DNA from: Octopus sinensis
Taxonomy: Eukaryota
Direction: 5' to 3'
Assembly: GCF_006345805.1 (NCBI RefSeq)
Contig: NC_042999.1
Span: forward strand, 100,068,001-100,132,000
DNA: 64,000 nucleotides
Shown here piece after piece: positions 40,790 to 51,560 of the stretch. A program made the position numbers and the translations under genes. The notes under the pieces are model-generated. The model was not told where the DNA came from, searched no databases, and worked only from the letters and a program-made list of their open reading frames with translations. Within the stretch, counting starts at the first letter, position 1. Each line of letters opens with the position of its first letter.

Positions 40790-41292
40790 TATATGTATAT
40801 GTACGAATATGATTAGCTAGGTGGATAGATAGATACATACATATATACATGCATATATACATATAATCATTCATATATGCATACATATACATATATACAA
40901 ACATACATACATTCATACATATATACATAAATATATACATACATATTAGAAATATGTACAAAAGTAATTATAATTTACGTCTTCGTCGCAGTTTCACATA
41001 TAAGCATATATACATACACACACTCACATATACGCACACACATACATATATGTATGTGTGTACATATGTGTATATATATATATGCATGTGTTTATATGTG
41101 TCTATCTATTTACGTGTCCATCTATATATATATGCATACATACATACATATATACATGCACGCATATATTCACGCACACATACATACAAGCATGCATACA
41201 TACATACATACATACATACATACATACATACATACATACATACATACATACATACATACATACATACATACATACTTACTTACTTACACACA
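40780..41292. repeat. Degenerate (TA/CA)n and (CATA)n low-complexity tract
   Basis: Direct reading; source of the HTYI-repeat ORFs. Confidence 0.9.
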
Positions 41293-41679
41293 TATTGGAG
41301 TGCAGCTTCAAAAATCTGTTTCGGACATTTTGGCATCTATGTAATTTGATGAAATTATTGAAGTGGAAAAAAGAAGGTCAAGGAGAATCCGAAAACGTAA
41401 GATGAAAGGATTAACAATATTCTTTGTCGAGTAAGTAACCTAATTTGTAAATGTGGCCTTCGAAATCCAAATTTGGGAACAAACCTACCGTTTAGAGTTA
41501 GTATCAAGAGACGGAGAGAGAATTTGGAATAGAAAACAATGAATGACTAATATGGAAGCTAATCGTTCGAAATAATGCAACAACAATAGAAATAGGCTGT
41601 ATAAATTAAGAGCGAAAATTTGTGAAGCATAGTAATCTAGATTATGATATGAATGGGTTTGAAAATAAATATAGCTGGC

Positions 41680-41890
41680 AGAATCATTAGCGCATCAGAA
41701 AGAAAAATGTTTTTCAGACTTTCTTCAGGCTCTTTACAATCCGAGTTCAAACCTTGTCAAAGTCAACTTTGCTTTCAACATTACAGACACAGAAGTATCT
41801 ATGGGGTTAAGAAACTTAACTTTCGGGTTCAGTTTCCCTATGCGACATCTTCAGCAAAAATCCTCTACCATATCCTCAGGTCGACCAATA
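41680..41890 (+). mobile_element. Decayed SINE family A
   Basis: AGCTGGCAGAATCATTAGC..CCGAGTTCAAA..GTCAACTTTGCTTT. Confidence 0.55.
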
Positions 41891-42761
41891 CTCTGTCACT
41901 GTATTAGTGAACTGAAGCTGTTGTGTGTGTGTGTGTGTGTGTGTGTATACGTGTGTGTGTGCGTGTGTTTGTGTGTGTGTGCATGCGAGCGTGCATGTGT
42001 GTGTATTTGTGTATGTGTATCTTGTTTCTGTTTTTCCTCACACACCACTTGACAAACAGTGTTGGTTTGCTTGCGTCCCCTAATGGTTCGGCAAAAGTTA
42101 TCGATAGAAGTACCAGACTTGAGTTAGCATATGTATATACACTTTTATTACATATTCCTTTTATTAGAAGTGTTACCATTAATATTCTATTATTAGTCTT
42201 CAATCATAAAATACTATAATAATATTTTATTACTTGGTATATGTTTTCAGTTACTACGTTCTGTGTCACTCCTTGTTATACTGACTGTTTGGGCTCTTTA
42301 AATTTATAGCCACTCCCTATACCTTTTGTATAAGACTGCATATATTGTTCTTTTCAGTTTATCGCTGTCTCATTCTCTACTATCTTACTTTCTCCTTTTT
42401 TTTTCGCAATTCTTTCTTCTCTCTCTGATCGTTAATGTTTTTCTTTCAAACTACTCCTGAGATGCCCATTCTAGTTGATTTATGAAACCCTGTGCGACGA
42501 TATACAATTTCAATACAATTTAACCTTATCGAATAGACAGCTACCTTAATACACAAGCTAACTGATAAATCCAGCTTCAAAAATGATCTTGACAATTGAT
42601 TCGGTAAAACCGTTATCATTGTGGTTTGTTTCATCCACATTCTAACTACCACCTCTTATAAAAATATGAGTGCCTCCGACCAAATTGCATGTATATTTAT
42701 GTAAGCGAATTCATCGAAGTTTTACTGGTGTTAAGTTCTTTGTGCGGTCATTATGAAATGA

Positions 42762-42963
42762 TACTCTTTACTTGTTTCAGTCATTTCACTGTGGCCATGC
42801 TGGAGCACCGCCTTTAGTCGAGCAAATTGACCCCAGAACTTATTCTTTGTAAGCCTAGTACTTATTCTATCGGTTTCTTTTGCCGAACCTCTAAGTTACG
42901 GGGACGTAAACACACCGGCATCGGTTGTCAAGCGATGTTGAGGGTACAAACACAGACACACAA

Positions 42964-43000
<37 letters not shown>

Positions 43001-43098
43001 TATATATATATATAATATATATATATATATATACATATATACGACGAGCTTCTTTCAGTTTCCGTCTACTAAATCCACTCACAAGGCTTTGGTCGGCT
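42762..43098 (-). mobile_element. SINE family B, 5'-truncated
   Basis: Reverse complement of the family B body and tail. Confidence 0.88.
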
Positions 43099-44494
43099 TA
43101 CCACACACCCACTCCTACGCCTATAGTGGTTTTACATTGTATAATCAATATTTCATTATCATTACTCATATTCATGTTTTCCAAATTTTTAAAGGATTTA
43201 CTTCAGATCCGAGTTACTTTTGTTGCTGCACGACCTAGACTTAAAATGGTTAGAGTTAGCGCAAATATAAGCATGCACTTTGCCTAGTACCTGCGCAGAA
43301 TATTTCTGCAATGTCCTTTTCCAAAGAAATGTGCAGCAAATTGACGAAGGAACATAGTTTACTATATCTAGTGTGATAGAATAGCCAGGTGTAGTAGAGT
43401 TACTGTTATCACTTTGTGTGTCATTACATTGGTTATTAGCTCTCAGCTATGTTTTTCTTTGGGTGGTTAGATGTATATGTAGGACTAGAGACCACAAGGG
43501 CTATATTACCGTCGGAGTGCCTGTTCAGTTTCATCTAGCAAATTATTTTAAAACTAATGTTAGGTGCTATGGTGTAAACCAACTTTCTTGTATGTCGTTT
43601 AAAGATCTTAACGATACGGGATGGATACAGGAAAATGTTTATCCAAAACTTGGAAGGATTTTGCAACTGTATTTAATGCAATATTTAGCCCGCATGGAGG
43701 ATTAAACCAGACCACAAATTTCTTTGTCAGCTCGGGCAAAATGAAAGTCAAGTGATTAATATTATGATTAGAAACGTCAATTTTACACTTATTATTATTA
43801 ATTTCAGGCCTTATTTCTCTTATTGTATCATAATAAGTATTTATATTGCTATCTTTATAATTGCAATTATCAGAGAAATTAATAGTTTAAGTTTTTTACT
43901 GGTTATTAATACTACTATTACAATGTATAAATGAGTGATTAATGTTAAAGCAGTTTTTTATTGTACTGTATTTCCGTTATTCGTATTGCAAGTACATTTA
44001 ACATTATTACCCTTACAACTCCCTTCATTTTATGTATTAGTTGCAGTAGTGCATTGGATATCCTTATCGTTGCAGGTGTCGCAATTCATGTTGCATTCAA
44101 TACATTTACGATCATTAGCATATCTAATACTATTTAAGTTATTATAAAAACACATATATATGATGTAATTATCCTTACTTTTAATAAGATGATTATTACT
44201 ACCATTAGAATTATCAGTACTGTCATCAGTTATTTTCATAATAAAAAAAAATATTCATATCATTATTATTGATAATAATATTCTTATTACTATCTTTATC
44301 TCTTGTACAACCATCATTGTATTACCACGGTAGCCACTATTATTATTATCAGATATATTAGTAGATATATCGCCATTAGCTAAATCACCATGATGGAACC
44401 CGTTTCATATTGAGATTGTTAACACACACACTGTTACAATCAAATCATTGCCATTTTTATACTTTGAACAAATACAGTGCCTAAGAAGCTATGT

Positions 44495-44725
44495 TTTTAT
44501 TCAACAAATGGCTAAGGTCGTGTTGTAGTATTAGTATGCAGGATTTTGACTAAAGATTTCTTCGTGAGCTGAAATTATGGAAATCCGGGCGGAAACATGA
44601 TTGACTATTAACTTAATAACATTTCGAGGGTGATTTGAGAGGTGATTTACATGCATTAAATGCACATTGGGTTTATGATAGGGCCTATAAAGGTCAGAGT
44701 CAAGTACCAACGTGACATCAAAGAA
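44495..44725 (-). pseudogene. Second Penelope-like element RT C-terminal fragment
   Basis: ORF 44531..44761 contains FFDVTLVLDSDLYRPYHKPN..VNHLSNHPRNVIKLI..VSARISIISAHEEIF, parallel to the FLDITL..PYHK..SNH..RLS..IF pattern at 6560-6800. Confidence 0.78.
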
Positions 44726-46059
44726 TCTGACTACTACCAAACGTGATGGATAGACATACATTTTTGAACAATTTTTTCTACATCTCTCATAGCATTATTC
44801 CGCTTTCGGACAGCCAACAATGCGTCGTTCCTCTATCGACCAACTTCCAAACATGACAATTCCTCTGTAATATAGTATATGTTTACAGCCACGAATCGGT
44901 GACCTGCGCTGAGTGACTCGACGCCATGATTATATTGAAAATGTTGTTCTTGTTGTTGCTTTTTTTCGGGTACAAAGTTTAGCATTACATTCAAATCGTT
45001 AATATAATATCGACTTATGTCATTGAAAGGCCGGTTGCCCTCAGGGTGAAAATTAGCTTCACATTTAGAAATAGCGGAAAAGAGTAGTAGCTATTTATGT
45101 CGATTTGTAAGGATCAAATATCCATATTTTTAAGACACATAAACATATCTTTAACACTAGAAGTGCTCGACCGTTTGAGGATTTTGCTGTAAAGTTTGGG
45201 ATTATTCTACCTCAAATACTTTTAGTTAGCGGAACAAATTAAGTATACAAAGGAGTTAGAAGAGAATTTGAGCTTACGATTTATGAGGTTAATCCGAAAA
45301 GGTTTTGGTAAGAAAAGTTCAGGCTGCATTTCTTTATATTCCCCCTTCATAAGATAGGGGTATACACCCACACACACACATACATACATATATACATATG
45401 TGTGTGTGTGTGTGCTTATATATGCATATATATAGACACACACAATATACACACAGCTAGATGGATAGATAGATAGATAATGACTAGATATGGATAAAGT
45501 ATCCAAGCGAGCAAGGTAGAGCACTGCGTTATAATCCAGGTTATGGCTAACCGCATCCAGTTGTAAGGAGCATCTAACATTACCTAAGGTAAGCCATCCC
45601 ACTGTATTTCATCCCATATGAAATATCTTGGGTTTGCTTCACTGGATAATACATATTACATAATAACCAGTACAATTACAATGAACCTAAGGATTAGCAC
45701 ATCTACATATTTCTTTATTTCTACAGTCAATTATACAGCATATACCTTTATTTAATTGCCGATTCTCATGCGATCGTCGTCTCTGAGCAGTTAAACCACG
45801 CGTTTATTTTTCCCGATATACGAATGGTTTCTTTTTTTTTTTTGTTTACTGGCCATCAGTGGTAATGCCCTCAGTGGGACGTAGTGATACAACACCACGG
45901 GAAGATTTTTTTGTTTTTATTTTCAACAGCAGAGTTTCATGCCCGACTCTTAGCAGTCCATTAAAATATCTTAGAAGCATTAGTATTTTATTAAAGGGTC
46001 CTGAATTGTATTAATTTGGTGGTGATGTGAATGATAGGGGAGCAAATAGAGCTGATGAT

Positions 46060-46229
46060 GATGATGATGATGATTCAGCTGCAGCTGCTGCTCTTCTGGC
46101 AATAGTAATATTAACAGCACTAACAGCAACATCACTACAGAAAGTAACCATAGTAACAGCAGTGATAAAAGTAATAATATCGAATATCATCATCATCATT
46201 ATCAAAACATCATCATTATATCCAGTAGC

Positions 46230-46269
<40 letters not shown>

Positions 46270-46286
46270 TAGTAGTAGTAGTAGTT

Positions 46287-46341
<55 letters not shown>

Positions 46342-46480
46342 CAGCAGAGCCAATTGTAGCAGCTAACAGCAATATAACACAAGCAATATATGCTACGCTT
46401 AAAAAGCTCACAGTATCATACAAGCAGCAGTAATAGTTAGGCAGCAGCGAGCGCAAAGCACTATACTGTAGTAGTAGTAA

Positions 46481-46528
<48 letters not shown>

Positions 46529-46530
46529 CG

Positions 46531-46597
<67 letters not shown>

Positions 46598-46703
46598 CAG
46601 CAGTAGTAGTAATAGTAGTAGTAGTAGTAGTAGTAGAAGTAGTAGTAGTAGTAGTTGTTGTTGTTGTAACAGCAGCAGTAGTAGTAGTAGTAACAGCAGC
46701 AGC

Positions 46704-46738
<35 letters not shown>

Positions 46739-46790
46739 CAGTAATAGCTAGGCAGCAGCAGTAGTAGTAGTAGTAGAGCAGCACAGAACA
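46060..46790. repeat. Compound trinucleotide tract (GAT)n/(GTA)n/(GCA)n/(GTT)n
   Basis: Direct reading. Confidence 0.95.
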
Positions 46791-46904
46791 AAATCTGTTA
46801 TTATAGCAACAACGACGATGTGGTCGTAACATTTCGGGTGGTCAGTAGAAATTTCAAATACGAAAAAGAAATCAGTAACGCCAAGGAGATCCAACTAGTT
46901 CATA

Positions 46905-47319
46905 TACTCTTTACTCTTTTACTTGTTTCAGTCATTTGACTGCGGCCATGCTGGAGCACCGCCTTTAGTCGAGCAAATCGACCCCGGGACTTATTCTTTG
47001 TAAGCCCAGTACTTATTCTATCGGTCTCTTTTGCCGAATCGCTAAGTGACGGAGACGTAAACACACCAGCATCGGTTGTCAAGCAATACTAGGGGAACAA
47101 ACACAGACTCACAAACACACACATACATATATATATTTATATATATATATATATACGACAGGCTTCTTTCAGTTTCCGTCTACCAAATCCACTCACAAGG
47201 CATTGGTCGGCCCGGGGCTATAGCAGAAGACACTTGCCCAAGATGCCACGCAGTGGGACTGAACCCGGAGCCATGTGGTCGGTTAGCAAGCTACTTACCA
47301 CACATCCACTCCTGTGCCT
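46905..47319 (-). mobile_element. SINE family B, full length
   Basis: Reverse complement runs from the AGGCACAGGAGTGG head to the GTAAAAGAGTAAAGAG tail. Confidence 0.92.
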
Positions 47320-47500
47320 GACAGTTTTGATATATGACAGTTCTTGATGGTATACGTGGGCATGAATATATGTTGTCACAACCTGGGACCTTGAAGACTG
47401 CTATAATGCAAGAAAGTATACTAGTCCTTTAATATTTTATATTCAATATATCTTCTGTTCAATAAGACAATCAATACTTCATTTCATTTTACTATATATA

Positions 47501-47561
<61 letters not shown>

Positions 47562-47606
47562 TAGTTATACTATATATTCTATATCCTACATTAATATTAT
47601 AAATAA

Positions 47607-48000
47607 CTAGCAGTATCGCCCGGCGTTGCTCGGGTTTGTAAGGGAAATAACTATATAAGCATTTTAGAGAGTTATAGCAAAAAAAATAGCAAAAAAATGC
47701 ATTAAAAATGGAAAAAAAATTATGGTCAATTTTTTTAAATCGTTGACTCATCGTAGACATTTTTAGAGAGTTACTTCCCTCATATAATGGCGAAAAAATG
47801 CATTAAAAGGGAAAAAAATTATCGTAAATTATTTTTTAAATCGTAGACTCATCGTAGACCCGCGCTAATACCCAGAAGGGCTCGATATGAATCACGACTA
47901 TAAGATACCCGATTTTGGTTAAACTGCACCGCAAAATGTGGGAGTAGTTAGGAATCTAAATCGTAGGAGACAGACACAACTTCACTTTTATATAAAAAGA
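47607..48000 (-). mobile_element. Non-autonomous Helitron with canonical termini
   Basis: Reverse complement reads A|TCTTTTTATATAAAAG...CCCGAGCAACGCCGGGCGATACTGCTAG|T, i.e. 5'-TC, 3' hairpin plus CTAG, in an AT target. Confidence 0.9.
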
Positions 48001-48080
48001 TATAAATAAAACATAAAAAACAGAGTTGGAATTTCTTTAAATAACATATATCCCTCTATACACAATCATACAAACCCCTT

Positions 48081-48111
<31 letters not shown>

Positions 48112-48119
48112 TATATATA

Positions 48120-48715
48120 TCCTTCCCATCCCCCCATCTTATCCCACGCCCCCTCTCCACATACGCCACCTCTAGACGCCACCCTCTGCCTACTCACAAA
48201 CCCCAACTGTACCCCAACCCCCAGCCGAACCCGCACCCCATCCGTGCTTTTCCCAATCTCGCCTCCCCCACCTCCCAACAACATCCCACCATACCACACT
48301 ACACCATACAACATTACATATCACATCACAACACACCACCCACACACCCATCCCCACATTTTCACACCTACACATACATACATGCACACATCCAGACCAC
48401 CAGCCCTCTTTCACACGCACATACATACTCTCTTATACACACACGCACCTTTGTGTGGGGGGGGGGTCATCTTTACTTTGTTATCTCCCCTAATTTCTCT
48501 CTCATGTGTGACCCTTCTGCCCGGCACTAGTCGCCATGATAGATCGTTAGCCACTACACACATTTTTTCTCTCCTTGTTTTTTTCTGTGTCCCTTTCTGA
48601 AGAAGAGCGTATGCTCGAAACGTAAAAGATTTTTTCTATTCCTGGGCGTTATACTAATACATCTCTTTGTTTTGTACACCACCTGTCTTCGTCTTTTGTT
48701 TTTTTCGTAAACTCT

Positions 48716-48720
<5 letters not shown>
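48120..48720 (+). mobile_element. Putative Penelope-like pLTR / 3' fragment (C-rich tract plus hammerhead)
   Basis: Contains the intact hammerhead at 48593-48628. The C-rich part recurs at 50480-50765. Confidence 0.6.
48593..48628 (+). ncRNA. Minimal type I hammerhead ribozyme, intact consensus
   Basis: CUUU-CUGAAGA-A-GAGC-GUAU-GCUC-GAAAC-GUA^-AAAG. Stem I CUUU/AAAG, stem II GAGC/GCUC, palindromic ACGU stem III. Confidence 0.8.
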
Positions 48721-48763
<43 letters not shown>

Positions 48764-48767
<4 letters not shown>

Positions 48768-48869
48768 TAAGCAATAAGGGTTTAGCAACGAGTTGCCTTA
48801 CCACATACCGAATTTAGAAATTCGGTATGTGGTAAGGCAACTCGTTGCTAAACCCTTATTGCTTAGTAT
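48764..48869. repeat. Perfect inverted repeat, 52-bp arms with a 2-nt loop
   Basis: 48764-48815 is the exact reverse complement of 48818-48869; the loop is AG. Confidence 0.97.
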
Positions 48870-48974
48870 TACTTAAATTTTCCTCGAATGAGGCTTTTAC
48901 ATGCCGAAGACTACTTGGTGTAATTGATAATTTTTCCAAATTAATTAATTTCACCCTTCATTATTACGGATAAC

Positions 48975-49020
<46 letters not shown>

Positions 49021-49035
49021 TATGGGGAGGATGTG

Positions 49036-49069
<34 letters not shown>

Positions 49070-49074
<5 letters not shown>

Positions 49075-49463
49075 TCTTTTACTCTATTATTTGTTTCAGT
49101 CATTTGACTGCGGCCATACTGGAGCACCACCTTCAGTTGAGCAAATCGACCTCAGGACACATTCTTTGTAAGCCTAGTATTTATTCTATCGGTTCTCTTT
49201 CGCCGAACCGCTAAATTTACGGGGACGTAAACACACCAGAATCGGTTGTCAAGCGATGGTCGGGGGACAAACATACATACATATATATATACCTATATAC
49301 GACGGGCTTATTTAAGTTTCCAGCTACCAAATCCACTCACAAGTCTTTGGTTGGCCCGAAGCTATAATAGAAGACACTTGCCCAAGGTGCCACGCAGTGG
49401 GACTGAACCCGGAACCATGTGGTTGGTAAGCAAGTTACTTACCACATAACCACTCCTGCACCT
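49070..49463 (-). mobile_element. SINE family B, full length
   Basis: Reverse complement of the family B head, body and tail. Confidence 0.9.
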
Positions 49464-49568
49464 ATATATCTATATTTATATGCATATGTATATATATATA
49501 TTTTTTTTTTTTCTCTATCCCCTGTTGCCCGCTTTGGGATCTTTCTTTCCTCTCTCTTCCTTCTTTAT

Positions 49569-49603
49569 GTTTCCGACGAAGAGCTCCGCTCGAAACGTCA
49601 TAC
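49569..49603 (+). ncRNA. Variant minimal hammerhead motif in a second pLTR-like fragment (~49510-49700)
   Basis: GUUU-CCGACGA-A-GAGC-UCC-GCUC-GAAAC-GUC^-AUAC. U4->C change in the core and one stem I mismatch. Confidence 0.65.
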
Positions 49604-49691
49604 CTTCCTGCTTCCATTTCCTGAGCGCCTATTAATAATAATACTGTAATTGTTCCATTGTTGTTGTTTTTTTTGTTTTCCCGTTTGGATT

Positions 49692-49768
<77 letters not shown>

Positions 49769-49769
49769 T

Positions 49770-50125
49770 CTTCTACTATTATCCCATGCCGACTAAAACC
49801 TTCTGAATGCCAAATGGAAACTATGTGGAAGCCCGTCGTGCGCACACACTCACACACATATACGTATATATATATATATATATATATCTGTGTGTGTGTG
49901 CGCGCGTGTATGTTTGTGTCTTTCTGTTAGTGTTGTGTTTTGTCTTCTAAAACTACTTGGCAACTGCTGTTGGTTTGTCCAAGTCCCCGTATACTAATGG
50001 TTCGGTAAAAAGAGACTAGGCTTTAAAAGGCAAATTACTTGGGTCAATTTGTAAGACTAAATCTTTGCAAGGCGATGCACCAGCTTGACCACATCCCAAC
50101 GACTGAAACAAGTAAAAGATATATA
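49770..50125 (+). mobile_element. Decayed SINE family B, 3' part
   Basis: GAAGCCCGTCG..GTCCCCGTA..GGTTCGGTAAAAAGAGAC..GACTGAAACAAGTAAAAGAT. Confidence 0.7.
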
Positions 50126-50479
50126 ATGAAAGAGATAAACGCACACACACACATACACCCCATACACACACCTCAGACACATGTGCGCATAATGATATAA
50201 GCGATTTTAACAGTCAGTTAACTTCAAGAACGTGTGCGATTAATCTTATTTAACCTGAAACATCTAGAAAAACCGAAGCACTCGCACAGCTTGTGCAAAG
50301 GGCAACTTTTCATGATTTCAAATCAACTATTTCAAACACTCTTCTGTAACAGGTTGATCATTTCCCGCTACCTCGGAGGTTTCATTTCAATGTAATGCAA
50401 CTACGTGAAGGAGAAAGTATGATTCGTGCTCGTGGTGATGTTTCTGGAAGACTATCAAAGCATACATATATATTATATC

Positions 50480-50765
50480 AAAGCAGCTCTACCCCCACCT
50501 TCTGCCTACCCACAAACCCCAACTCTACCCCAGCCCTCAATCGAACCCACACCCCACCCGTGCTTTCCCCACCTCCCAACAACATCACACCACACCACGC
50601 TACACCATGCTACATTAAACATTACATCACAACACACCACCAACACACCCATCCCCAAATTTTCACACCTACGCATACATACACGCACACGTCCAGACCA
50701 CCAGCCCTCTTTCACCCGCACATACATACTCTCTTATACACACACGCACCTTTGTGTTGGGGGTC
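50480..50765 (+). repeat. Second, diverged copy of the C-rich tract at ~48175-48465
   Basis: Shares CCCCAACT.TACCCCA..CCACCTCCCAACAACATC..CCAGACCACCAGCCCTCTTTCAC..TTTGTGT; no hammerhead follows. Confidence 0.9.
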
Positions 50766-51419
50766 ATATATATATATATTCCTTTGACGTAGAGTTATGT
50801 TTTATGCTATAAACATGCGTATTAAATATAAAAAGTAGCAACCAATATGTCGTATTGTAGTATCGTCTCCTTGATTGTAAAAATTTACGACAAGAATACT
50901 CGACCATCCAAATTTAACATTAAATATTCAAAGTTCACGCTCTGTTAATAATAGACAGGAATATCCCTCATATACAATGAGAATATTTTCGTGCAAAATT
51001 CCTTTAAAGTGCTCGATAAACCTGTGCATAAACGAACGATATTCAGCTCAGTGCTGTAATTTATTAATATGTAAAGTAATGCGAACGATAAGAAACATAT
51101 ACATACATCAAAGCAAATATATTAGAATAAATGCATATATTTTATGTACTTTCTATTTATATCTTCTTTATGGAGATGTTGTTAGTCAAAAACATTGTAT
51201 TATTTTAACATATAGGCTTTGAGTTACATTCAAGTGACTTATCGTTCGCGTTATTCCATATATTAATATATCTTGAGCATGAGCTTGATTTATTCTATTA
51301 TGCACAAGTTTATCGAGTATTTTAAATGAACTTTCCACAGAAATATTCTCACTATATTCAGAAATATTTATGTCTGTCATTATTAACATGGTCCATATCT
51401 GAATTTTAATATCTAATGT

Positions 51420-51560
<141 letters not shown>

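Noticed and set aside
43418-43705. 95-aa non-repetitive ORF
   Set aside because: GTG start, no recognisable motif and no supporting splice or codon evidence; left uncalled.
44030-44239. Cys-rich ORF (CIECNMNCDTC) resembling a furin-like repeat
   Set aside because: It sits in decayed AAT/GAT low-complexity sequence with nearby stops and no supported splice context; probably chance.
50395-50812. His/Thr/Pro-rich ORFs
   Set aside because: They arise from the C/A-rich repeat duplicated at 48175-48465.
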